From: an uncultured Planctomycetota bacterium
Lineage (GTDB): Bacteria; Planctomycetota; Phycisphaerae; UBA1845; CAIVHJ01
Length of the DNA stretch: 64,000 nt
NCBI GenBank assembly: GCA_942492115.1
Contig: CALODL010000002.1
Coordinates: 242,803-306,802 of the forward strand
Reading direction: 5' to 3'
Position 1 is the first letter of the stretch. Every line of letters starts with the position of its first letter. The translations under genes were made by a program, and so were the position numbers. The notes below the pieces were generated by a model. The model saw only the letters and a list, made by a program, of their open reading frames with translations. It searched no databases and was not told the origin of the DNA. Positions 37,544 through 47,232 of the stretch are shown here, one piece after another.

Positions 37544-39697
37544 ATGACCCAGTCCAAGCGCCGCCCGGCCATTTGGTCCCTGTGCCTTTCTGGCTTGCTG
37601 GTGATGCCCGTTTCGGCCATCGAAGTGACCGTCCAGAACGACTCCCTGACCGACGGTGGCACAGCCGCGATCCAGCTCGGTTTCGTCGACAACGAGAGCG
37701 GCGCAGCCTGGCTGACCTCACCCTGCGACGGCACCATCGTGGCCGTCCAGGTGTTCTGGCGCTCACAGAGTGGAACCGCGGGATTGTCGATTCAGGACTC
37801 GATCACGATTTTCGAGGGCGGAAGCTTTCCGGTTCCAGGCGCCGTACTCGAGACGCTCGAGGCCCCCGCCATGACCGACGGCGTGCTCAACGAATTCCGT
37901 TTCCTCGATGAGAACAACACTATTCCGCTGTCTGTGCCCATCACGGAAAATGACGTTTTTGTCGTGTCGTTCAAGTTTTTCGAAGCGCCCGCCGGCAACT
38001 CGGCGCTACCGACTCTCGTCACAGACATCAACGGCTGCCAGGCACAACGCAACGCGGTCGATGAGATTACACTCGGTTGGTTGAATCTGTGTTTCTTCGG
38101 CGCCAGTGGTGATTGGGTCATTCGCGCCGTCGTCGACTGCGACGGCCAGGTGCCGTTCGGGGCCTGCTGCGGCGCTGACGATGTATGCAGCGATGGCCAG
38201 AGCATCGGGGCCTGCGGCGCAGCGGGCGGGGTGTACCTCGGTGACGGGACGGAGTGTGGAGGATTCGACTGTTTCACTCCAGCGTGCTGTTTCGATCCGA
38301 AGGGCTGTCTTGATCTCACGGTCGGAGACTGTGAGACGCTCGGCGGCGTCACCCAGGGGCTTGGATCGTCATGCAACAACACGGAGTGTTTTCCGATTGG
38401 CGCCTGCTGCAACCCGGACGGCTCGTGTACCGATGAGGTGTCGGACACCGATTGTGCCGCGGGCAACGGCCTGTTCCAAGGGGATGATTCTTCATGTCTG
38501 GTGGCCAGTTGTCCGCAACCCGTCGGGGCCTGCTGCACCGCGGTGGGCTGCGTTGCCCTGGATGAAGAAGATTGCGGTGTCGTCCCTGGCAGCACGTGGG
38601 GGGGGGCGCTGACCGACTGCGCCGATCTCGACATGAATGAAGTGGCGGACGCGTGCGAGGTGGGTGGTGCTGAGTGTCCCGGTGGCACGATCGCCGAGTG
38701 TGCTGATCTCGATCGCAACGGCATTCGTGACGACAACTGCCTGTGGTGGGCGTGCGCTGCCGGTGACTGTGTTTCAACGGATGTGCCTTTTGGCGACATG
38801 GGCGGGCAATTCGGGACCTGTCCGCCGGATCTGACCGCTGATGGCAACGATCGGTTCCAAGCGCTCAACTGTTTCGCGGACACCAGCCCGGATGGCAGTG
38901 GCGAATTCTCCTGTGAGGACCAGCCACCCGCGGCATACAACGTTGATGCCGGCGGGCAGTTCGGCTCATGTGCACCGGATGGCGTGTGTGACGGCAATGA
39001 TGCATTCGCAGCGCTCAACGCCTTCGCCGGAACAACCACGTGTCTGTGTCCTGAAGGTGGACCCGCACCTCAGGAGGCACCGGTGGATTACGGTCATGCC
39101 GGCCTGGCGCTGCACGGTGATCGCCAGACCATTCGCGCTGGTGAAACCTTCGAGGTCGATGTCGTGCTGACCACGGCGCTCGCCGATCTGCGTGGCTACC
39201 AACTGCACCTCGATGTCAGTGGTGGCAACAGTGGTGATCTGGAACTCGTCGATGTGTCCATTCGCGAGGGGGTCACGCAGCTGGATCCGGCCAGTGCACT
39301 GGCCGTGCGCGTGAAGACTCCCCTCCCGTCCCGCGTTGCCGGTGATGGCTTCACAGTTCGTCAATTGCCCGTCGTCGTGAATCACATGGCGCTCGACGGG
39401 GCGGCTGATGTCCGTGGATTCGAATGGCATGCCTTCAACATTGCGACCGCCCAGATGGTCGCCGGAACCGATGGACCGGGCATCGCCATGCGCGCCGGGA
39501 CTTACCTGGCGAGTTTCACCTACCGCGCCACACGTGATGCATCGGGGACGTTTGTCGTGCACGTGCGTCATGACCCGCGCAATCGAACCGATCGAACGTT
39601 CCTGTTCCCAACGGCTGCTCACGGTCGGATCGTCATCGACTCGGCCGGCGCGACCGTGGTACGCGTCAAGACGCCGCGTAACATCCGCACACGTTGA
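37544..39697 (+). CDS. secreted protein: N-terminal beta-rich domain, 4 GACC six-Cys repeats, dockerin-like pair, cohesin-like C-terminal domain
   Basis: Signal peptide MTQSKRRPAIWSLCLSGLLVMPVSA. Repeats such as GACCNPDGSCTDEVSDTDCAAGNGLFQGDDSSCLVASC. Two DxGGQFGxC..DGNDxFxALNxFA segments, then a TFEVDVVL...LRGYQLHLDVSG..LELVDVSI beta-sandwich pattern. Confidence 0.7.
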   Translation: MTQSKRRPAIWSLCLSGLLVMPVSAIEVTVQNDSLTDGGTAAIQLGFVDNESGAAWLTSPCDGTIVAVQVFWRSQSGTAGLSIQDSITIFEGGSFPVPGAVLETLEAPAMTDGVLNEFRFLDENNTIPLSVPITENDVFVVSFKFFEAPAGNSALPTLVTDINGCQAQRNAVDEITLGWLNLCFFGASGDWVIRAVVDCDGQVPFGACCGADDVCSDGQSIGACGAAGGVYLGDGTECGGFDCFTPACCFDPKGCLDLTVGDCETLGGVTQGLGSSCNNTECFPIGACCNPDGSCTDEVSDTDCAAGNGLFQGDDSSCLVASCPQPVGACCTAVGCVALDEEDCGVVPGSTWGGALTDCADLDMNEVADACEVGGAECPGGTIAECADLDRNGIRDDNCLWWACAAGDCVSTDVPFGDMGGQFGTCPPDLTADGNDRFQALNCFADTSPDGSGEFSCEDQPPAAYNVDAGGQFGSCAPDGVCDGNDAFAALNAFAGTTTCLCPEGGPAPQEAPVDYGHAGLALHGDRQTIRAGETFEVDVVLTTALADLRGYQLHLDVSGGNSGDLELVDVSIREGVTQLDPASALAVRVKTPLPSRVAGDGFTVRQLPVVVNHMALDGAADVRGFEWHAFNIATAQMVAGTDGPGIAMRAGTYLASFTYRATRDASGTFVVHVRHDPRNRTDRTFLFPTAAHGRIVIDSAGATVVRVKTPRNIRTR

Positions 39698-39777
39698 TCG
39701 TCGATCGCTGTCCAAGTTCATAGCGGGGCAGGTGACGCATACGCCACCTGCCCCGTTGCGTTGTCAGCGCGACACGG

Positions 39778-42108
39778 TTACGGGCAGATATTCAACGCTC
39801 CCGGTGTGTCATCGCCAGCGGCCGGATCGGGATCACCGATTCGCCACGACGAACCGCAGCGCACAACATGACTCGGAACCGCATCGCCGTCAGGCCCGAC
39901 TTGCGGGGGTCCGTAATGGCACTCGGTCCCGCTCGGAGGCACATCGTCGTTCTCCACGAGCGCAACGAGGTCGACCATTTCTGACCAGGGCATGATATCC
40001 AGGACACAATCGTCATCGACGTCGAGGTCGTCGCCCTCAGCCCCGGCGAACTGACGCACCAGTGCGTGCGTGAAGTTGTCGGAATTCTCGAAGTTCAGTG
40101 CGAGTGGCAAGTCGGGGACGGCGCCGTTGATCGTCAGCGAAGCCTCGCCTGCGAGAAATGTGCCGGATGAGCCGATGACCAGGCCATCGAGCGCAACGGC
40201 GACTTCGATCACACCACTCCCGCCAGCTCCGTCGCCCACGACAAGATAAGTCAAACCGTCAAGCGCCGTGCCAACCGCTCCGGTTAACTCAAAATACTCG
40301 TCAACATCGGGGCCGGGTTGATCAATACGCACTTCATTGATCAGAACACCCATCGCCGGAGCGCACGTGACTTCTGTGCACGCCACGTCGTCACCCTGGT
40401 AGACTCCGGCGGTGGCTGTGCACGCGGCGCTGGTCACGTTCTCCGTACACGCTGCGGCCACACAGCAGGCGCCGGTTGGCTCCGTACAACTGTCAAGGGT
40501 GCAGGTGGTCATGTCGCCGAGATACGTGCCGGCAAGCGCTGTGCAGTCGGTAACAGTGGTCTCGGCGCACGTTGCACCAGTGCAGCACGCACCGATCACA
40601 TCCGGGCAAGGGTTGTCGGCACACGCAGTGCCGTCACCCTGGTATGAACCGCCCGTGGCCGCACAGGTATCAACCATCACCTCATTACATGCTGCTGCCA
40701 GGCAGCAGGCACCGACCGGCGCCAGGCATTTCTCATCAAGACACGAAGTGTCGTCACCGAAGTAGATCCCGGCGCAGCTGTCGGCCGCCGTATCGTCAAA
40801 ACAGATTCCCGTCACGCAACAAGCTCCGGACGGCGGCAGGCATGGCACGTTCTTGCAACTCGAATCAGCACCCTGGAAGATGCCGTCGAGGGCCAGGCAC
40901 ATTTCGTCCTCGAGACCATCGAGACACCCTTCAGGGGCACAGCAGGCGCCGGTGTCCACCGTGCAGATCACGTCTGCACACGAGGATTCGTCGCCATGAT
41001 AGGCGCCGTCAAGGCGGATGCACTCGATGCCGGTGATGCCGCCGAGACAACCGTTTGGCAGGCAACACGCTCCGGTCTTGCGGTCCTGGTTGAAGCGGTC
41101 ATTGTCACAGCGCGCCCCGAGCCACTGAAATGGCGTCTGTGGGTTGTGCGGGTTCGGCCCCCACGTTTCATCGAACTGTACGGTGAAGCTCGGTCCGTGG
41201 CCCATGACCGGCAGGGCGGAACCATACTTCGTGCTACTGAGCCAGGTGATGCGGTCCTCGTAACCGGCAGGCTCGGTGCGTGCAGTGAAGGTAATGGGTT
41301 GTCCGTCGCCAACGAAGTCCATCCCGCTCACGTGGCTGGTGAGGACTGTTTCATACGTTTCGACGAACAATGCTGGAACCGCATCCGGGCCGCCGACGGT
41401 CAGTGCGTGTGTTCCGACATCGTTGATCGCCGCCGTCGTCGAGGCGCCCAGCCAAGTCATCCCGTCTACCGTTCGCCATTCGATCAGTGGCGCGAACCCG
41501 GGTGGATCGACAGCGACGTCCACGCGGAATGGCCGACCGACCGAGGTCAGGTAGGTGTCTGAGCTGATGCGTTCGACGCTCGCAATCGATGGTCCAAAGT
41601 AATATTCCATCGTTTCGCCGTTGGTCGCAGCTGCAGGAAGGGCGAGTTGTTCTTCCATGATCCGCGGCGTTCCCAGGACGATGTCGCGGGCATGCGTCAG
41701 GACCTTGTTGATGACCATCGAACTTTCGTAGCGGGCGCCGTTGTCCGTGGACACGATGGCGCGGACAAAATAGATTCCGGGCTGATCACCCGGGCAGACC
41801 GCAACCGAACCTTCGCCATCGCGCAGGATCTCTTCGGCGCCATGCCAAACGACTTGCTCTCCGCGCCGAGCGTATTGCCTGAGTTGAACTGTACTGTCGA
41901 CGGGTACGTGCGTCGTTGCCGGGGCAGGGTGCCAGGCTGTGGTCAGCCCGGCGACCGGCCCGATCGTCATGCGCCGCGGTCGACCGCGCTGCACCGCGAG
42001 TATCGAATTGTCGCGCTGAATGGCTTGAGCAAACACCGGGCTGGATAAGAGCGTTGTGGCCAGTAGGATGCCTGCGGCACTGCGGCGCAGGCTGAATGAA
42101 ACGAGCAT
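39778..42108 (-). CDS. secreted protein: Ig-like N-terminal domains, 6 GACC six-Cys repeats, lamin-tail-domain (LTD)-like C-terminus
   Basis: Signal peptide. Six tandem ~40-aa repeats (GACCLAAACNEVMVDTCAATGGSYQGDGTACADNPC and similar) encoded at about 40357-41073. The C-terminal VLINEVRIDQPGPDVDEYFELTG...LDGLTYLVVGD matches the LTD pattern. Confidence 0.7.
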   Translation of the reverse strand: MLVSFSLRRSAAGILLATTLLSSPVFAQAIQRDNSILAVQRGRPRRMTIGPVAGLTTAWHPAPATTHVPVDSTVQLRQYARRGEQVVWHGAEEILRDGEGSVAVCPGDQPGIYFVRAIVSTDNGARYESSMVINKVLTHARDIVLGTPRIMEEQLALPAAATNGETMEYYFGPSIASVERISSDTYLTSVGRPFRVDVAVDPPGFAPLIEWRTVDGMTWLGASTTAAINDVGTHALTVGGPDAVPALFVETYETVLTSHVSGMDFVGDGQPITFTARTEPAGYEDRITWLSSTKYGSALPVMGHGPSFTVQFDETWGPNPHNPQTPFQWLGARCDNDRFNQDRKTGACCLPNGCLGGITGIECIRLDGAYHGDESSCADVICTVDTGACCAPEGCLDGLEDEMCLALDGIFQGADSSCKNVPCLPPSGACCVTGICFDDTAADSCAGIYFGDDTSCLDEKCLAPVGACCLAAACNEVMVDTCAATGGSYQGDGTACADNPCPDVIGACCTGATCAETTVTDCTALAGTYLGDMTTCTLDSCTEPTGACCVAAACTENVTSAACTATAGVYQGDDVACTEVTCAPAMGVLINEVRIDQPGPDVDEYFELTGAVGTALDGLTYLVVGDGAGGSGVIEVAVALDGLVIGSSGTFLAGEASLTINGAVPDLPLALNFENSDNFTHALVRQFAGAEGDDLDVDDDCVLDIMPWSEMVDLVALVENDDVPPSGTECHYGPPQVGPDGDAVPSHVVRCGSSWRIGDPDPAAGDDTPGALNICP

Positions 42109-42455
42109 TACAGAACCTCCTTGAGTTGTCGAGTGAGCACATCAACAGTGACAGCGTCCCTGCACCTGAGCCCGGCCACTTCCGCAGTTGCGTCGTGGTA
42201 GCCGGAGTCCTATCGACTCCGGATGCGATATCGTCTTGTCGGTTCTCGATGGAGTGCGCTGGGACGCTGCCCGAACGGTCTGTGGGTGGCTGGTCACTGC
42301 GGCTCCGCCGCCCGATGCCACCGTATGGGCCGTTCAATAGTCAAGACGGGACGACGACCATGATGCGCAATGAATTCTGGTGAGATCACAGCAAGCATCG
42401 GGCGCGGACACCACGCACGGTGATAATCACGGTCATGTGTGTACAATGGCCGACC

Positions 42456-44963
42456 ATGAAACCATTCATCCTGACTCCCGTGCTCGTTCTTGCCAGCTGC
42501 GTTGGCGTAGCCCAACGCAATGTCGAGCCCTCGTCCGTTTCGCCGCTGCCGTCGACCGCGCGATTGCCTTCTATCGGCCCGACGGTGGCTGGCAGTACGC
42601 GTCATGAGGGACTGCTGACGTGTCATATCGATCGCGAGCGGGGCAAGTTGTGGCTCGAGCTTCCGCCCCCAGGACCACGGGGTGAGGTCGGCCGATTCCT
42701 GTACATCGAGGGGTTGACCACGGGGTTGGGTTCCAATCCGGTTGGCCTCGATCGCGGGCAGATCGGCCCGACGCGCCTGGTCGTGTTGCGCCGCCTGGGT
42801 CGACGGGTGATCGTCGAACAACCGAATCTGCGCTACCGTGCCCGGTCCGGCGATGACGCTGAGCGCCGCGCCGTACGGGAATCGTTCGCCAGCTCGATCC
42901 TGTGGGCCGCCGACGTCGCGGCTGAGGACGATGACGGTCGAGCGGTCGTTGACTTTACCTCATTCGTCGTCCGCGACGCACACGGAGTGGTTCGTACCCT
43001 CGAACAAACCCGGCAGGGCAAGTTCACTCTGGATGCGCAGCGTAGTATCATCGATGCAACTGCGTGCCATGTCTTTCCAGACAACCTCGAACTCGAAGCG
43101 CTGCTGACTTTTGCCTCGGCGGCTCCGGGCCGTCACGTGCGGAATACGGCGCCCGCCGCTCACTCGGTCACCATTGTCCAGCATCATTCGCTCATCCGCC
43201 TGCCTGACGACGGCTACCGTCCGCGCCCGTTCGATCCGCGGGCCCCTTCTTTTGACGTTGCCTTTCGCGACTATGCTGCGCCGTTGTCGGCCCCTCTGGA
43301 CATCAAGTGGATTGCACGACATCGCCTGGAGAAGGCGGATCCACAGGCCGCACAGGCGCCGGCCGTCGAGCCGATCATCTACTATGTCGACCGCGGTACG
43401 CCTGAACCGGTACGCAGCGCGCTCATCGAAGGGGCAGGGTGGTGGAATGAGGCGTTCGAGGCGGCGGGCTTTACCGACGCGTTCCGGGTCGACGTGCTTC
43501 CACCCGATGCCCATCCTCTCGATGTGCGCTACAATGTGATCCAATGGGTTCATCGGTCTACCCGCGGGTGGTCGTACGGTGGGACGGTCACCGATCCCCG
43601 CACCGGTGAAATCATCAAGGGCCACGTGAGCCTGGGTTCATTGCGCGTGCGACAGGACCGTTTGTTGTTCGAAGGACTTCTCGGCACCACAGCGACCGGT
43701 CACGGTACGATGAACGATCCCATCGAGCTGGCCCTCGCGCGGATTCGACAGCTTGCGGCCCACGAAGTGGGGCATACCCTCGGGTTCACGCACAATTTCG
43801 CAGCCAGCACCTATGGCGGACGTGCATCGGTCATGGACTATCCGGCTCCATTGATCCGCATCACCCCGGATGACAGGCTCGACTTCAGCACGGCTTACGC
43901 CGCAGGGATCGGAGTGTGGGACGAGTTCGCGGTCAAATATGCTTACAGCGTGTTCCCGGAGGGCGTCGATGAGCACGAAGCACTGGTTGGCTTGATCGAC
44001 GACACGGTTGCGCGAGACATGCTCTTCATCACTGATGCGGATGCCCGCCCGCCCGGCGCAGCCCATCCGCAGGCCAGCTTGTGGGACAACGGCACCGACG
44101 CGGTCGCAGAGTTGCAGCATGCGATGAATGTCCGCCGTATCGGTATCGCGACATTCGCCGATGATCGCATTGCGGAGGGGCGTCCGCGATCCCTGCTGCA
44201 TGAGGTCTTCGTGCCGGTATATTTGCACCATCGTTACCAGCTCGATGCCGCGGTCAAGGTTGTGGGCGGATTCACTTACAGTTATACCGTCCGCGGAGAC
44301 AGTCAACGTGCGCCGCATCCGTTGGACGGCGCGTGGCAGCGCCAGGCGCTGGCCACGATCCTGCAGGTTGTGACGCCGGCCGAACTTGATATTCCGGATC
44401 ACGTGGTACAGTTGATGAGTCCGCGGCCGTTCGGCTACAGCGCGCACCGCGAGATGTTCGACACTGCGACGAGCCCGGCTTTCGATGTCGTGGGCGTTGC
44501 ACGTACGATGGCCGACATGGCCATCCAGGGTGTCCTGCAGCACGAACGGTGTGCGCGCCTCGTGGCCTTCCACGCCTCGGACGAGAGCCTGCCGAGTTTC
44601 GAGGAGGTGCTCACGCGGCTTGCTGACGAGATTCTGTTCAAGGATCGGGTTGTCATCGGGCGGCGACAGGAGATCGCGTGGGCGGTGCAGGACCTGCTGG
44701 TCGCACGGATGATCCAGCTTGAACTCAATCCGCGGGCGACATCAGGGGTGCGCATGCGTGTCGCTGCGGCGTTGATCGCAATTCGTGATCGACTTGTTGC
44801 CGCGGCTCCGCAGGACGCAGCGGTGGTGCACCGCGACCATCTCGTTCGAACCATCACGCGCCACCTGGACCGCTTGCAGGAGAGCGTGACTCCACCGACC
44901 CTCGCCGAGCCCGCGCCACCAGGGAGTCCGATCGGGATGAGTTCCTGCTCGTGCAGTTATTGA
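42456..44963 (+). CDS. secreted zinc-dependent metalloprotease (large DUF5117/DUF4953-type)
   Basis: Lipobox-like signal MKPFILTPVLVLASCVG. Zincin motif AAHEVGHTLGFTHNF, followed by ASVMDYP. 835 aa. Confidence 0.8.
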   Translation: MKPFILTPVLVLASCVGVAQRNVEPSSVSPLPSTARLPSIGPTVAGSTRHEGLLTCHIDRERGKLWLELPPPGPRGEVGRFLYIEGLTTGLGSNPVGLDRGQIGPTRLVVLRRLGRRVIVEQPNLRYRARSGDDAERRAVRESFASSILWAADVAAEDDDGRAVVDFTSFVVRDAHGVVRTLEQTRQGKFTLDAQRSIIDATACHVFPDNLELEALLTFASAAPGRHVRNTAPAAHSVTIVQHHSLIRLPDDGYRPRPFDPRAPSFDVAFRDYAAPLSAPLDIKWIARHRLEKADPQAAQAPAVEPIIYYVDRGTPEPVRSALIEGAGWWNEAFEAAGFTDAFRVDVLPPDAHPLDVRYNVIQWVHRSTRGWSYGGTVTDPRTGEIIKGHVSLGSLRVRQDRLLFEGLLGTTATGHGTMNDPIELALARIRQLAAHEVGHTLGFTHNFAASTYGGRASVMDYPAPLIRITPDDRLDFSTAYAAGIGVWDEFAVKYAYSVFPEGVDEHEALVGLIDDTVARDMLFITDADARPPGAAHPQASLWDNGTDAVAELQHAMNVRRIGIATFADDRIAEGRPRSLLHEVFVPVYLHHRYQLDAAVKVVGGFTYSYTVRGDSQRAPHPLDGAWQRQALATILQVVTPAELDIPDHVVQLMSPRPFGYSAHREMFDTATSPAFDVVGVARTMADMAIQGVLQHERCARLVAFHASDESLPSFEEVLTRLADEILFKDRVVIGRRQEIAWAVQDLLVARMIQLELNPRATSGVRMRVAAALIAIRDRLVAAAPQDAAVVHRDHLVRTITRHLDRLQESVTPPTLAEPAPPGSPIGMSSCSCSY

Positions 44964-44973
44964 CTGTGCTGGA

Positions 44974-47232
44974 TCATGGGCCGTTGATGATCGGAAAGAT
45001 GCACAGGAAGTCGGTGACATCGATGTCATTGTCAAGATCGTTGTCATACAGCGCCGCACAGCCGGGGCTCGGGACCCGGTGCTGTGGTGTGCCCGCCGAA
45101 CCGGTAAAGCAGCTCTGAAACGAGCGATAGCCGTGAATATCGATGGACGGCTGCTGGGGAGGAAGCGGAATCGACCACGCGCCGCGTCCCAGCGTTGCTG
45201 CAATGACGCGGTTGTGAGCATGATCGACGACGATGTCGATGATCGGGACATTGGGCATGCCGTCGCCGTAACGCCGCCAGTGGTCGCCGTCATCACACGA
45301 TAGATACACGCCGGTGTCGGTGCCGAGGAATACGACCGTGCCGTGTCCTCGGCGCCAGGCGGCCACGCAGTTCGCCGGAACGTCCGGCAGGTCGCCGTCG
45401 ATTGCAACCCAGGTAGCGCCGTAGTTCGACGCGCGCAGGATCTGGTCGGTACCGAACTCGGACACGGCCAGATACGCCAGACCGTCCTGGGTTGGATGGA
45501 CGGCCAATTCGCGTGTCACGCGTGGCCAGAGTGTGCCACCGCTCCGAACCAGTTCGAACGTTGCTCCGCCATCGCGACTGACCAGCACGCGACCATCATT
45601 CGTGGCCACGTAAACGGTCAAGGCATTGGACGGCGCGATGGCCAGGGCGCGAATCGCAGCCGAGCCGCCCCCGGTGACGTCTTCGCTGATCGGGGACCAC
45701 GACTGTCCGCTATCGACGCTCTCATATATGCGATGCGTCGCGTAGAGCATGCGCGTGCTGCTGCCCGGAATGAATGCGTAGGGCGGCAGGAAGCAATTGC
45801 GGTCGGTCTGGACGATACCGGTCCCGGCCCATGACCAGCCCGTCCCGCTGCTCGTCGAACGCCGCAGGTTACCCGTTCCCTGCCACTCTGCGAACACGAT
45901 GTTCGGCATGTCGTGATCCAGTGCCGTGTAGCCGCCGTCACCGCCGAGGACCGACGACCAACCTGATTGCGCTGTCGTGCGGCGATTGGTGCCGTTGTCC
46001 TGGGTACCCCCGATGATGAAGCTCGGATCGGTCGGGTGAGTCGAGAGTCCGGCGTAGAACTGGACGACGCCGAGGGTGTCGTTTCGCGCCACCCAGCTCG
46101 AACCACTGTTGTTGCTGATGTGGAGGCCGCCGTCATTGGCGCACAACAATTGGCCGTCGACGTCAAAAGTCAGGCCATGTATATCCACGTGCGGTGGGGT
46201 GACGTTGCTGTACACGCCGCCTCCATCGGTTGAGCGCAGCAGATTCAAGCCTCCGGCGAACACCAGATCGGGATCAGTGGGGCCAACCGTAATGGCACTG
46301 AGATACCAGCCGTAGGTGGCCTGCAGATTACCGGCATTCGTTGGCGACCATGTCGCACCGCCATCGTTACTGCGGTAGATGTCATCCGTCTCGGCAGAGC
46401 CGCCAGAAGAGGTCGCCGGTTCTGTAATCAGCGTATACATGCGGTCGGGCAGGCTCGGAGCGATCGCCAGCGAGATGCGTCCAGGTGTGACCGGCAGACC
46501 GGTCGTCAACTGCGTCCATGAGGTGCCGCCGGTCGTCGATCGATAGATGCCGTTGTCGGGACCACCAAAAATTCTGCCGATGGCCGCATAGAGGAGGCTC
46601 GAGTTCGTTGGGTGAATGACAATGTCGGATGCGGGCGCCGCCGGCAACCCACCGCGCAGCAATGTCCAGGTGGACCCACCGTCAATGGACTTGAACACGC
46701 CGACTGGACCATCGACGCCCGGATGGTTTTTGCCGGCGACGCGTTCGGGGAAACCACCGGCGTGCGTGATTGCTGCATAGAGCGTTTGACTGTTATCGTG
46801 GGCGATGACGAGACGCGAAAACGTTCGTCCGCCAAAAGTGTCTTCAGCGAGGTGCGTCCATGTGGCCCCGCCGTCGACGGTCTTGTACAGGCCACGACCA
46901 TACAGGCTGTGATTGGCGAAATTGGCTTCACCTGATCCGGCGTACAAGATGTCGTCATTATTGGGATCGAGCGCGAGTGCACCGATGATCGTTCCCGGTA
47001 GTGCGTCGGTCAGAGGGATCCACGTCGTTCCGCCATCGTCCGTCCGCCACACGCCGCCGCTGGCCGCACCAGCGTAGTACAGTCCGCTCGTCGTACGACT
47101 GGCCGCGACGCTCGACAGGCGCCCGGAGTAAGGGCCGTTGGTGATGGGCTGTGGCCCGAGAAACGACCACTCGGCGGCGCTGACGCCGTTGGCGGTACAC
47201 AGGACCAGCAGGGTGGTCACGATGGCTCTCAT
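44974..47232 (-). CDS. BNR/Asp-box repeat beta-propeller protein (GH74/sortilin-Vps10-like), dockerin-like C-terminus
   Basis: Signal peptide. At least 9 Asp-box motifs (TDDGGTTW, TVDGGATW, SIDGGSTW, STTGGTSW, SNDGGATW, STDGGGVY, SNNSGSSW, SVDSGQSW, SRDGGATF). The C-terminus is ...YRSFQSCFTGS...YDNDLDNDIDVTDFLCIF. Confidence 0.7.
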   Translation of the reverse strand: MRAIVTTLLVLCTANGVSAAEWSFLGPQPITNGPYSGRLSSVAASRTTSGLYYAGAASGGVWRTDDGGTTWIPLTDALPGTIIGALALDPNNDDILYAGSGEANFANHSLYGRGLYKTVDGGATWTHLAEDTFGGRTFSRLVIAHDNSQTLYAAITHAGGFPERVAGKNHPGVDGPVGVFKSIDGGSTWTLLRGGLPAAPASDIVIHPTNSSLLYAAIGRIFGGPDNGIYRSTTGGTSWTQLTTGLPVTPGRISLAIAPSLPDRMYTLITEPATSSGGSAETDDIYRSNDGGATWSPTNAGNLQATYGWYLSAITVGPTDPDLVFAGGLNLLRSTDGGGVYSNVTPPHVDIHGLTFDVDGQLLCANDGGLHISNNSGSSWVARNDTLGVVQFYAGLSTHPTDPSFIIGGTQDNGTNRRTTAQSGWSSVLGGDGGYTALDHDMPNIVFAEWQGTGNLRRSTSSGTGWSWAGTGIVQTDRNCFLPPYAFIPGSSTRMLYATHRIYESVDSGQSWSPISEDVTGGGSAAIRALAIAPSNALTVYVATNDGRVLVSRDGGATFELVRSGGTLWPRVTRELAVHPTQDGLAYLAVSEFGTDQILRASNYGATWVAIDGDLPDVPANCVAAWRRGHGTVVFLGTDTGVYLSCDDGDHWRRYGDGMPNVPIIDIVVDHAHNRVIAATLGRGAWSIPLPPQQPSIDIHGYRSFQSCFTGSAGTPQHRVPSPGCAALYDNDLDNDIDVTDFLCIFPIINGP

